64,000 nucleotides of DNA from Minisyncoccota bacterium (GCA_028690055.1 JAQVBZ010000001.1:20452-84451); one strand, 5' to 3'; positions 18,876-27,219 are shown, numbered from the stretch's first letter. The notes: generated by a model not told the origin, from the sequence alone. Translations and numbers: made by a program.

Positions 18876-19670
18876 ATGAACCGTTCTCGAGTCACTATTA
18901 CTATTCGTACCGATTTGCTGCGCAGTGTCGATGCGCTTATAGATGGTACCAAGATCAAGAATCGGTCGCATGCCATCGAGTCGCTCTTAAGCAAGGATTT
19001 TTCCAACCGCACCATACGCAAGGCGGTGATTCTTTCAGGCGGCAAAGGAATTAAGATTAAAGGACATAAAGAGGAGGTTTCGCGCGTCCTTTCTCCTTAT
19101 CGGGGAAAGTTATTTATCGAACATACCTTCGATTGGTTGCGAGCTCAGGGCATAGAAGAAGTAATTATTTCCGCCAGTGCGCTTTCCTCGGGTATCAAAG
19201 AAGAAATCGGTGACGGCAAGAAATTCGGACTCAGTGTTTCCTACTTGGCCAAGGACGAGGGGACGGCAAGCGTGCTTAAATATCTGGTAAATCTGGTGGA
19301 TGAGACTTTCTTGATGATCAACGGCGATGTCCTTTCGGAGGCGGATTTGGGTGAGATGTTTGAATTTCACAAGAAGTGCGGAGGCGCCTGTACTGTGGGC
19401 ATGATCTCGGTTAAGGAGCCTGCGGCTTATGGTAATATCGTGCTTTCCGGTAATCAGATTGTTGATTTTATTGAGAAGCCCAAAGCAGGCAAAGAGGAAT
19501 CATACCTGGTGAACGCCGGTGTGTATCTGATGGAGCCGGATATTTTTAATCTGGTTTCTCCGCAATGTGTCAGTTTGGAACGGGACCTTTTTCCTACACT
19601 AGCTAAGCGCGGCGTCCTATGCGGGTATTATTTACAGGGGGAGTGGATCAGTCTGGATAGTGCCAGGTAA
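18876..19670 (+). CDS. Ribbon-helix-helix DNA-binding domain fused to a degenerate sugar-phosphate nucleotidyltransferase
   Basis: N-terminal RVTITIRTDLLRSVD...NRSHAIESLL (CopG/NikR-like), then AVILSGGKG, GTA, INGD, FIEKP, VNAGVY and SLERD. Confidence 0.85.
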   Translation: MNRSRVTITIRTDLLRSVDALIDGTKIKNRSHAIESLLSKDFSNRTIRKAVILSGGKGIKIKGHKEEVSRVLSPYRGKLFIEHTFDWLRAQGIEEVIISASALSSGIKEEIGDGKKFGLSVSYLAKDEGTASVLKYLVNLVDETFLMINGDVLSEADLGEMFEFHKKCGGACTVGMISVKEPAAYGNIVLSGNQIVDFIEKPKAGKEESYLVNAGVYLMEPDIFNLVSPQCVSLERDLFPTLAKRGVLCGYYLQGEWISLDSAR

Positions 19671-19942
19671 TAATTTGGCACAGACTGGATTCCCGTCGGA
19701 GTTTATCCTTGTGCAAGCAAGGGGGGGATGACGATATGATACCAAATCAACTTAATCTGTGACATAATGATTTCACTTTTATTCCCCCTTACCCCGACCC
19801 TCTCCCGGCAGGAGAGGGAGAATTCCAAATGCTATATGACTGGACTGTAGAACAGCTTAAGCTAATTTGATATTAGATATTAATACAACGCAGGAAGGGG
19901 TGACAAGTAGTTTCGATATAATTTATTTAATAATTTCAGGAG

Positions 19943-21010
19943 ATGAAATTCCTAATCATGGCGGGAGGTAAAGGCACACGTTTGTGGCCGGTGTCTCGTG
20001 TGGAAAAGCCAAAACAATTCCAGAAACTGGTCAGCGAGCAGACGATGCTGCAGGAAACGGTACAACGTCTTTTGCCGCGGTTTCCTGTGAGTGATATCTA
20101 TGTGGCGACCAATAAGATCTATGCCGAGGAGGTACATTGCGAACTTCCCGAATTGCCAAAAAAAAATATCATTGCGGAGCCGTCTTTTCGGGAAAGGGCC
20201 TCGGCGGTGGCGCTTTCGTGCGCGTTATTGGGGCAAGAGTGGGACGATGATCTCGTAATCCTCCCCTCTGATCATCTCATAGAAGACAAAGAGGCTTTTT
20301 GGCAAGCGCTGGAGGAGGCTGAGAAATTCATATCTCGACACAGCGATGCCTTGCTCACTATCGGTATCAAGCCGACTGGGCCTGAAACCGGCTACGGTTA
20401 TCTCAAGTGCGAGGAAAAGCAGATAAAGTCCGGCAAGCTCGATCTTTACAAGGTGGAAAGTTTTTTTGAAAAGCCGGATATGGACAGCGTGCAAAAATAT
20501 CTGGATAGCGGGTGCCTGTGGAATTCGGGGATATACGTCTGTCGTATTTCTGCTATTATGGAACGTTTTGCCAGGTTCATTCCCGATACTTATCTGAGAC
20601 TCAAGCGTATTCAAAAGGCGGCAGGAACGAGCAAGCTGGAAAAAACTATCGCCAAGGAATATCCGCTGATGGACATGGTATCTTTCGAATACGGTATTTT
20701 GGAAAACGACGACAAAGCGTATGTCATCGCCGCCAATTTTATCTGGAGTGACGTCGGCAGCTGGTCGGCGCTCAAGGATTCTCTCCTGTCCGGCAACAGC
20801 AATAACTTGATTAAGGGCGAACATCTGGACATCGGCTCGAAGAATATTATGGTTTACGGCTCGAAAAAACTGATTGCCACTGTCGGATTGAAGGACATTG
20901 TTATCGTGGATACGGAGGATGCTATACTGGTCTGTGATAAGAAAAACACACAGTTGGTGCGTGACTTGGTGGGCAAATTGGAAAAAGAGAAGAAGATAAA
21001 GCTTCTGTAG
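19943..21010 (+). CDS. manC: Mannose-1-phosphate guanylyltransferase (monofunctional)
   Basis: MAGGKGTRLWPVSR..PKQF, LPSDH, PETGYGY, WNSG and WSDVGSW. Confidence 0.92.
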   Translation: MKFLIMAGGKGTRLWPVSRVEKPKQFQKLVSEQTMLQETVQRLLPRFPVSDIYVATNKIYAEEVHCELPELPKKNIIAEPSFRERASAVALSCALLGQEWDDDLVILPSDHLIEDKEAFWQALEEAEKFISRHSDALLTIGIKPTGPETGYGYLKCEEKQIKSGKLDLYKVESFFEKPDMDSVQKYLDSGCLWNSGIYVCRISAIMERFARFIPDTYLRLKRIQKAAGTSKLEKTIAKEYPLMDMVSFEYGILENDDKAYVIAANFIWSDVGSWSALKDSLLSGNSNNLIKGEHLDIGSKNIMVYGSKKLIATVGLKDIVIVDTEDAILVCDKKNTQLVRDLVGKLEKEKKIKLL

Positions 21011-21042
21011 ATAAGAATTATTAATCAGTTACATCAAAAATT

Positions 21043-22431
21043 ATGATCGGAATAATACTTTGCGGCGGATCAGGCAAGCGTCTCTGGCCGTTGTCGCGCA
21101 CAAATTTCCCAAAACAATTCCTGAGACTCTATTCCGACAGATCTTTGCTGCAGGAAACTTTTTTGCGCATACAAAAGGTCATGTCGGCGGACCATATTTA
21201 TCTGGTCACTAATCAAGCGAACTATTATAATGTATTCAATCAGATCCGCGAAGTGTATCCGCTGATCAAGAAGGATCAGATTATCATCGAACCGATATCG
21301 CTCAATACCGCACCCGCGATATTGCTGGCGGTGAAATATCTTTCTGACCGGACCAAGATAGACGAGAAAGAGCCTCTGATATTCTTGCCGGCTGATCATT
21401 ATATCGGTCAATCGGAAAAGTTCGCCGAGACAGTAAAGCTGGCGCTGGAAAATGTCGGCGATAATGTGGGCACGCTTGGCATCGCGCCGACCGGGCCGGA
21501 AACGGGATTCGGTTATATTGAAAAAGGAGAGCCGCAAGGAGCTTATCATCTGGTCAAGTCATTCAAAGAAAAGCCTGACCGCGCCACAGCGGAAAAATAT
21601 CTCGAATCGGGACAGTATGTCTGGAATGGCGGCATATATTTTTTTAGTACCGAAACATTCCTCGGAGAAATCAAGAGTCATGCACCGCAGCTTTTCGAGC
21701 ATTTTGAAAAAACATATGAAGAATTTTTGGAAGGATTCGGACAATTGAAGGAGGAACCTATCGATACCGCACTTTCGGAGAAATCCGATAAAGTAATCGT
21801 TTTTGACGGTGATTTTGATTGGAGTGATATCGGATCATTCGATGCACTTGCGGAAATTGCCGAAAAAAACAATCTGCTTGAACCGAAACATATATTTATG
21901 GATTCGAATAATGTGTTTGCTCATTCCGAATCGGACAAGACGATTGCGACTTTGGGTGTCGACGATGTGATTATCATCGAGAGCAACGACGTGGTGTTCG
22001 TGCAGAAACGGGGAGAAAGCGAAGGTGTTAAAAAAGTGGTGGCCTATTTGAAGGAGAATAAACGCAAGGAGGCTGAGCATAATGTTATCGTGTATCGTCC
22101 TTGGGGGAAATATGAAGTACTTATTGATAGCGATAGCCATAAGGTAAAGAAAATAACCGTTTTTCCGGGTGCGTCCCTCAGCTTGCAATCGCACGAACAT
22201 CGCAGCGAGCATTGGGTGGTGGTCAAAGGAACTGCGACGGTCGTTAATGGTGAAAACCTGTTGACTCTCCGTGAAAATGAAAGTACGTATATTCTGGCTA
22301 AATCCCTACATCGGCTTTCCAATTCCGAGAAGGAAAATCTGGAAATCATCGAAGTACAGACCGGGGACTATCTGGGGGAAGACGATATCGTGCGCTACGA
22401 GGATGTTTACGGCAGACAGGACGGAGTATAA
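21043..22431 (+). CDS. manC: Mannose-1-phosphate guanylyltransferase/mannose-6-phosphate isomerase (bifunctional)
   Basis: GMP domain plus a C-terminal cupin (RPWG, LSLQSHEHRSEHWVVV, EVQTG.YLGEDDIVR). Confidence 0.95.
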   Translation: MIGIILCGGSGKRLWPLSRTNFPKQFLRLYSDRSLLQETFLRIQKVMSADHIYLVTNQANYYNVFNQIREVYPLIKKDQIIIEPISLNTAPAILLAVKYLSDRTKIDEKEPLIFLPADHYIGQSEKFAETVKLALENVGDNVGTLGIAPTGPETGFGYIEKGEPQGAYHLVKSFKEKPDRATAEKYLESGQYVWNGGIYFFSTETFLGEIKSHAPQLFEHFEKTYEEFLEGFGQLKEEPIDTALSEKSDKVIVFDGDFDWSDIGSFDALAEIAEKNNLLEPKHIFMDSNNVFAHSESDKTIATLGVDDVIIIESNDVVFVQKRGESEGVKKVVAYLKENKRKEAEHNVIVYRPWGKYEVLIDSDSHKVKKITVFPGASLSLQSHEHRSEHWVVVKGTATVVNGENLLTLRENESTYILAKSLHRLSNSEKENLEIIEVQTGDYLGEDDIVRYEDVYGRQDGV

Positions 22432-22477
22432 TGGTTATTCTATATCAAAAATTTCTTTGCGATGCATTTTATAATTA

Positions 22478-22535
22478 CCCTCTCGAGAGGAGTAGCGCCA
22501 ACATAAGGGTAATGTCGTTGTTGCGCGGGGTGTGT
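22478..22535. repeat. Family F REP arm
   Basis: ccctctcgagaggagtagcgccaacataag...gcggggtgtg is the reverse complement of ~11080-11140. Confidence 0.7.
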
Positions 22536-22602
22536 AGGGTCGATCTGTGGCTTATAACTCCAGTAATATTTAGCGATTGCGTTTATAATCTATTTTTCTA
22601 TC

Positions 22603-22745
22603 TGTCATTCCGGAACTTCGTTACTGCGAAATATCCGGAATCCCGAGACTATGCAGGATAAATATTATATTCCAGTTGTATAGTTACGTATTACAGACTT
22701 AGTAACGGGATCCCGGATATCTGCTTTGCAAATTTCGGGATGACA
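22603..22745. repeat. TGTCAT-type palindromic doublet (family H)
   Basis: tgtcattccggaacttcgttactgcgaaatatccggaatccc...gggatcccggatat...cgggatgaca; the left arm recurs inverted at 48222-48263. Confidence 0.8.
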
Positions 22746-22828
22746 GTCTATACAGAGAATAAAAGTGTGACAAATCTAAGCCAAAAATATATCATAGGAA
22801 GTGCAGATGATTCAGGAAAAATATGGTA

Positions 22829-22857
22829 TTGACACAATCTTATCTTTGCGGTAGTAT
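22829..22857 (+). promoter_or_regulatory. Sigma70 promoter
   Basis: TTGACA-17 nt-TAGTAT. Confidence 0.65.
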
Positions 22858-23091
22858 TAAAAACAAGAAATAAGCTGGTAATAAATCGTATATGGCAAAA
22901 ACGAAATGGGAAAAAATGTTTTGCGCGGCGACGCTATCTTCAAAGACATTTTTTCTTTTTCCGTTTTTCTCATCAAAAAATAACCTCTAAAAGAGGTATT
23001 TTTTTTGATGATTGGTATGATACGGAAAATAAAATTGATAAATCCAACCAAAGAAACAAAAAACCCGAAAAATGTAAAAGGAGGAGAGAAC

Positions 23092-23199
23092 ATGGACAAA
23101 GGAGAGCAGAAAGAAGAAAAATTACCCGATAAAAAAGAAAGTGGCCCCTCACCTGAATACAGGAAGAGGGGATTGCCACCTCAAGTCAATCTGTGCTAA
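23092..23199 (+). CDS. Putative 35-aa small protein
   Basis: Strong SD AAGGAGG before the ATG; MDKGEQKEEKLPDKKESGPSPEYRKRGLPPQVNLC. Confidence 0.45.
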   Translation: MDKGEQKEEKLPDKKESGPSPEYRKRGLPPQVNLC

Positions 23200-23231
23200 A
23201 TGGAATTATTAATCTTTTGAGAGGATTGTTC

Positions 23232-24209
23232 TTAGTTGAGCAATCCCACTTTTTTTATAACTTCCCTCATCGTTTCTTGCGCCTTGATGTCCGCTTTCTC
23301 CGCTCCACGGCGGAGTATGTCTATAACTTGCTCTGGATTTTCCTCCAGTTCCGCCCGCTTTTCTCGAAATATTCGGAAATATTCGGAAATATCTTCCGCG
23401 AGAGCTTTCTTTAGCTCGGAAAATTTGATGCCCTTGTCCTTGAATTGCGCGGTGAAATATTCTTGATTTTTTGCGGAACCGAATTCCTCCAGTAGCGTAG
23501 CATAAAAATCATAAACATCCTCATCGTAAGTGGTAGCGGAAACTGCTTTTTTTATTTTATTTTCGATCACTTCCGGCGAGTCATTGATCGCGATATAAGA
23601 CTTGGGTCCGTGCGACTTGCTCATTTTCTTGCTGGGATCGATCAGACTCATAATTTTCGGAGTGGGAGTGATGACTTCTTTCGGTTCCTCAAAAGTCTGC
23701 CCGAAGCGATTGTTGAAATATCTTGCAATCTTGCGCGTGAGTTCGACATGTTGGAATTGGTCTTGCCCGACCGGAATAGTAGTTGCCTTGTAAATCAAAA
23801 TGTCCGCGGCCATCAAAACTGGGTAATCCAAAAGCCCCATATTTATATTCTGTGTATGTTTTTGTGATTTATCTTTGAATTGGGTCATCCTCTCTAATTC
23901 GGCCAAGGGGGTGACAGTATTGAAAATCCATGCGAGTTCGGTGCAGACCGGCACTTGAGACTGGACATAGATAGTGGACTTTTCCGGATCAAGTCCGGCG
24001 GCGAGGTAATCCAAAGCCAAGTTCATAGTCTGCCTGGCTTTTTCCTTCGGGTCGTAGTCGATGGTCATAGAGTGCAAGTCGGCAATGAAGAAAGTGCATT
24101 CATAACCGTCTTCCTGTAACTTGACGAAATTACGGAGTGCGCCTAGGTAGTTGCCGATATGTAGTTCTCCTGAAGGCTGGATGCCGCTCACGATGATATT
24201 TTTTTTCAT
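23232..24209 (-). CDS. trpS: Tryptophan--tRNA ligase
   Basis: SGIQPSGELHIGNYLGA, YPVLMAADIL, VGQDQ and KMSKS. Confidence 0.98.
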   Translation of the reverse strand: MKKNIIVSGIQPSGELHIGNYLGALRNFVKLQEDGYECTFFIADLHSMTIDYDPKEKARQTMNLALDYLAAGLDPEKSTIYVQSQVPVCTELAWIFNTVTPLAELERMTQFKDKSQKHTQNINMGLLDYPVLMAADILIYKATTIPVGQDQFQHVELTRKIARYFNNRFGQTFEEPKEVITPTPKIMSLIDPSKKMSKSHGPKSYIAINDSPEVIENKIKKAVSATTYDEDVYDFYATLLEEFGSAKNQEYFTAQFKDKGIKFSELKKALAEDISEYFRIFREKRAELEENPEQVIDILRRGAEKADIKAQETMREVIKKVGLLN

Positions 24210-24336
24210 TTGTTTGTTGGGTTATGTCTTTATAAATTTCTAAAACAAATCAAAGCTTACTGATGTTGTTTCGTCCTATCCCTCTAGTTAATTATAAGAT
24301 ATATGGAAAATTAAGCAATTCGATGTAGAAGTGGAA

Positions 24337-24365
24337 GATGGCGGACAAGTCTTCTGTCCACCATC
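24337..24365 (-). terminator. Hairpin closing the small-ORF operon
   Basis: gatggtggaca-gaagact-tgtccgccatc on the minus strand, just after the 26-aa ORF. Confidence 0.5.
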
Positions 24366-24378
24366 GGTTTTTTACTTT

Positions 24379-24459
24379 TTAAACACCCAAAAGTTTACGC
24401 ACGTACCGTATCTTTTTGTTTTGATTTTTTCTCTTTCTGATAATTTTTCCTATGTTCAT
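24379..24459 (-). CDS. Putative 26-aa basic microprotein
   Basis: SD GAGAGG before the ATG; MNIGKIIRKRKNQNKKIRYVRKLLGV; below the ORF-track cutoff. Confidence 0.45.
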   Translation of the reverse strand: MNIGKIIRKRKNQNKKIRYVRKLLGV

Positions 24460-24481
24460 ATTTCTCAACCTCTCTTTTCGT

Positions 24482-24654
24482 TTAGGCGAATACTTGTTCT
24501 CTGCTGATTTCGAATACCTGTTTTCCGCCCCAGCCTACTATAGCCATCGTCCAAAGCTTGCCGCATTTCTTACAGGTTGTGATAGCTCCTGTTTGAACTT
24601 CAATGGCAGTGCCGCATGTACAGAATTCTTCTACGGATTTTTTTGGTTATTCAT
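24482..24654 (-). CDS. Zinc-ribbon microprotein 2, interrupted by a -1 frameshift at an A7 run (recoded, phase-variable, pseudogene or sequencing error)
   Basis: SD GAGGT. ATG AAT AAC CAA AAA AAT CCG TAG in frame 0; one extra A gives 57 aa with CTCG...CKKCG. Confidence 0.55.
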
Positions 24655-24700
24655 TTTATGACCTCACTCTCTTTTTTGTTTTTGTAATTTTTTATAAAGT

Positions 24701-24765
24701 AAATAACAGCACTCGGGCTGTTATGGTTTTCTTCAATGATTTGTAAGAAAGGCAAAACAGCCTGA
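24701..24765 (-). promoter_or_regulatory. Conserved leader RNA, copy 2 (antiterminator/terminator)
   Basis: UCAGGCUGUUUUGC..UUUCUUA...UUGAAGAAA.CCAUAACAGCCCGAGUGCUGUUAUUU, homologous to 25048-25122. Confidence 0.6.
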
Positions 24766-24829
24766 AATGTTTTTCAGTTGAGTCGCCAAGTGTGGCAGGT
24801 GTCATTTTGACTTTCTCTTAGCATGGTTT

Positions 24830-25009
24830 TTAAAATTTATTTCCCAGTAGAGGCAGAAGAGTTTTCTTTCCGCAATTCGGACAGATCAACGCTCCTGCTT
24901 TTGTCGGCTCCCTCAATGCTTTATGGCAGTTGCTGCATACGCTACAGTAGACTGCCGTTGTTCCTTGTGAGAAGTGGAATGTTTTGACGGTTATTTTTTG
25001 TTCATTCAT
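24830..25009 (-). CDS. Zinc-ribbon microprotein 1 (59 aa)
   Basis: SD AGGAGG; MNEQKITVKTFHFSQGTTAVYCSVCSNCHKALREPTKAGALICPNCGKKTLLPLLGNKF; just below the 60-aa track cutoff. Confidence 0.7.
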   Translation of the reverse strand: MNEQKITVKTFHFSQGTTAVYCSVCSNCHKALREPTKAGALICPNCGKKTLLPLLGNKF

Positions 25010-25047
25010 GTCTAATCTTCCTCCTGCTTTTATTTTTGTTTATCACT

Positions 25048-25122
25048 AAAAAACAGCCCCATCGGGCTGTCGTGGATTTCCTCAAGATATAGCTTCTATA
25101 AGAAAATAGCAAAACAGCCCGA
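25048..25122 (-). promoter_or_regulatory. Conserved leader RNA, copy 1 (antiterminator/terminator)
   Basis: UCGGGCUGUU can pair with GACAGCCCGA, mutually exclusive with the terminator ACAGCCC-GAUG-GGGCUGU-UUUUU. Confidence 0.65.
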
Positions 25123-25198
25123 CATAGTCTGCCACTTCTTGAAATACATGTTGGTGCTGTTTGTTATTTTCATAAATGTGAATATTATTTCTAATTAC

Positions 25199-25226
25199 AT
25201 TATATACAAAAGATATAATCGGTCAA
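25199..25226 (-). promoter_or_regulatory. Sigma70 promoter of the microprotein operon
   Basis: TTGACC-16 nt-TATAAT on the minus strand. Confidence 0.6.
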
Positions 25227-25290
25227 GAGAGAGTTTTGTTCATGGCAGAAGGCCTGGTTACGACGACCGGACCAACAATCGATAAAAACA

Positions 25291-25320
25291 AAAAACCCGA
25301 CTTTTAAAAATCGGGTTTTT
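25291..25320 (-). terminator. Terminator after rnj
   Basis: aaaaacccga-cttttaaaaa-tcgggttttt. Confidence 0.7.
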
Positions 25321-25335
25321 CTATCTATAAAGTTT

Positions 25336-27006
25336 TTACACTTCAATCACTACCGGCAATACCATCGGTCTTCTCTGCGTTTTGTCGAACAGGAATTGTC
25401 CGACTTGGTCACGGATATTGTCTTTGACATAAGCCCAGTTGGCGTCATTCTCCGGCGTTGCAGTCTTGTTGGCAATGTCAATTACGCGCCTCTTGGTTTC
25501 GTTGATCAATTCCGGCGAACCTTTCATATAGATGAATCCGCGCGAGATGATGTCCGGCTGACCTAAGACTTTTCCGGTCTTGCTATCGATGATTACGATG
25601 ATAGTAAACATACCGTCTTCGCTCATCTGCTGTCGGTCGCGCAGTACCACATTGCCCACATCTCCCACGCCGAGTCCGTCCACCATCACATAATTGGATG
25701 GTACTTTCTCTTTCGTGAGTACGGCCGAGTCGGCTGTGAGCTCGATTACTCGTCCGTTACTGGCTACGATGGAATTGCTCAGAGGAACTCCCACCGCTTC
25801 CGCGATTTCCGCGTGCAGCTTCAACATATAATAGTTGCCGTGTACGGGGATGAAGAATTTAGGCTTTATGAGATTTATCATCATCTTTAGATCTTCCACC
25901 TGTCCGTGTCCACCTGCATGGACATCCATCATCTTGTAGTGGACGACATGTGCCTCTTGTCGGTAGAGCTGGTCTTTGAGATTCTGTACAGTCCTTTCAT
26001 TTCCCGGCACTACCGAGGATGAGAAAATCACGGAATCTCCCTTTTTTATGTTGACGAATTTGTGCTCCTTGTTGACGATACGCATCAAAACCGCTTTTTC
26101 TTCACCTTGCGCACCGGTGCACATAAGCGAAACTTGATTATCGGGATAATTCTTGATCTGGTCCGTTTTTATGAGCGTACCTTTCTTGATTTTGAGATAA
26201 CCCAGCTGATGGGCGATTTCTACGTTGTTACGCATACTGTATCCGTCGATTGCAACCTTGCGTCCGTATTTTTCTGACAGGGTAATGATCTGCTGGATAC
26301 GGCTGATCAGCGAGGAGAAAGTGGCCACGATGAGTCGTCCTTCCGCCTTGATGAAGATGTCCTCCAGAACTTTCTGGATTTCGCTCTCACTGATCGAATA
26401 TCCTGGGACTTCCGCATCCGTACTGTCTGACATCAGCGCCAGAATATTTTTGCTTCCGATCTGAGCGATGCGGCCGATATCCGCCGGTTTGTCTGTCACC
26501 GGACTGTGATCGAATTTGAAGTCACCTGTGTGTACCACGATTCCTTCCGGGGTGTGTATTACCAGACCCAATACGCCGGGAATGTTGTGGTTGACGTGGA
26601 AGAATTCTACCTTGAAAGTTCCCAGATTGATCTTGCTGTCGTAATCGACGACATTGATCTTGATGGTGCTGTTGGGGTAGTCTTCCTGTCTCTTCTGGAT
26701 GATGCCGGCGGTAAGTGCCGAGCCGTACATAGGCGGATTTCCCAGCTTGGGCATCAAGTGGGGAATACCTCCGATATGGTCGTAGTGTCCGTGAGTGATA
26801 AATACTCCTTTGATATTTTTTTCTTTACCTTTGAGGTATTCAATGTTGGGGATAATGTAGTCGATTCCCGGCATATCTTCTTCCGGAAATTGCAGTCCCA
26901 TATCAACAATGATGATTTCTTGGCCGTATTCGAACACGGTCATGTTTCTTCCGATCTCCCCCAGTCCTCCCAGGGGAATTATTCGGAGTTTGTTTTTTTG
27001 TAACAT
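25336..27006 (-). CDS. rnj: Ribonuclease J
   Basis: PLGGLGEIGRN, THGHYDHIGG, HTGDFK, TGAQGE, HAGGH and RRPMVLPV. Confidence 0.97.
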   Translation of the reverse strand: MLQKNKLRIIPLGGLGEIGRNMTVFEYGQEIIIVDMGLQFPEEDMPGIDYIIPNIEYLKGKEKNIKGVFITHGHYDHIGGIPHLMPKLGNPPMYGSALTAGIIQKRQEDYPNSTIKINVVDYDSKINLGTFKVEFFHVNHNIPGVLGLVIHTPEGIVVHTGDFKFDHSPVTDKPADIGRIAQIGSKNILALMSDSTDAEVPGYSISESEIQKVLEDIFIKAEGRLIVATFSSLISRIQQIITLSEKYGRKVAIDGYSMRNNVEIAHQLGYLKIKKGTLIKTDQIKNYPDNQVSLMCTGAQGEEKAVLMRIVNKEHKFVNIKKGDSVIFSSSVVPGNERTVQNLKDQLYRQEAHVVHYKMMDVHAGGHGQVEDLKMMINLIKPKFFIPVHGNYYMLKLHAEIAEAVGVPLSNSIVASNGRVIELTADSAVLTKEKVPSNYVMVDGLGVGDVGNVVLRDRQQMSEDGMFTIIVIIDSKTGKVLGQPDIISRGFIYMKGSPELINETKRRVIDIANKTATPENDANWAYVKDNIRDQVGQFLFDKTQRRPMVLPVVIEV

Positions 27007-27219
27007 TCTTTGTTAAGTTAAAATTGTGCCACAGCGGTTTGGTCGATCCGGTGTAATATTTCTCCTTTAAAAAAGAGAAAGACGGATCAGCTCAAAACAA
27101 AACCAGGTCGGCAGACCCATAATCTGCTCATTTGGCGTTTCGAACCGCTTATGGCTCGTTGATAAAATTTAGGCTAAATGATTTAAGAATTCAGTCCTAA
27201 AAAAGTTTTTTAAACTATG

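Noticed and set aside
24210-24320. T-box or Trp attenuator controlling trpS
   Set aside because: No T-box consensus. trpS appears to have its own promoter (TTGCTT-16-TATAAT) downstream of the microprotein operon's hairpin, so a direct link is unsupported.
24745-24800. Plus-strand aaaggcaaaac...gaaa resembling a c-di-GMP-I riboswitch
   Set aside because: No GAAA-capped stem followed by GACGCAAAG can be formed. Wobble pairs, U tracts and downstream ORFs all favour a minus-strand RNA.
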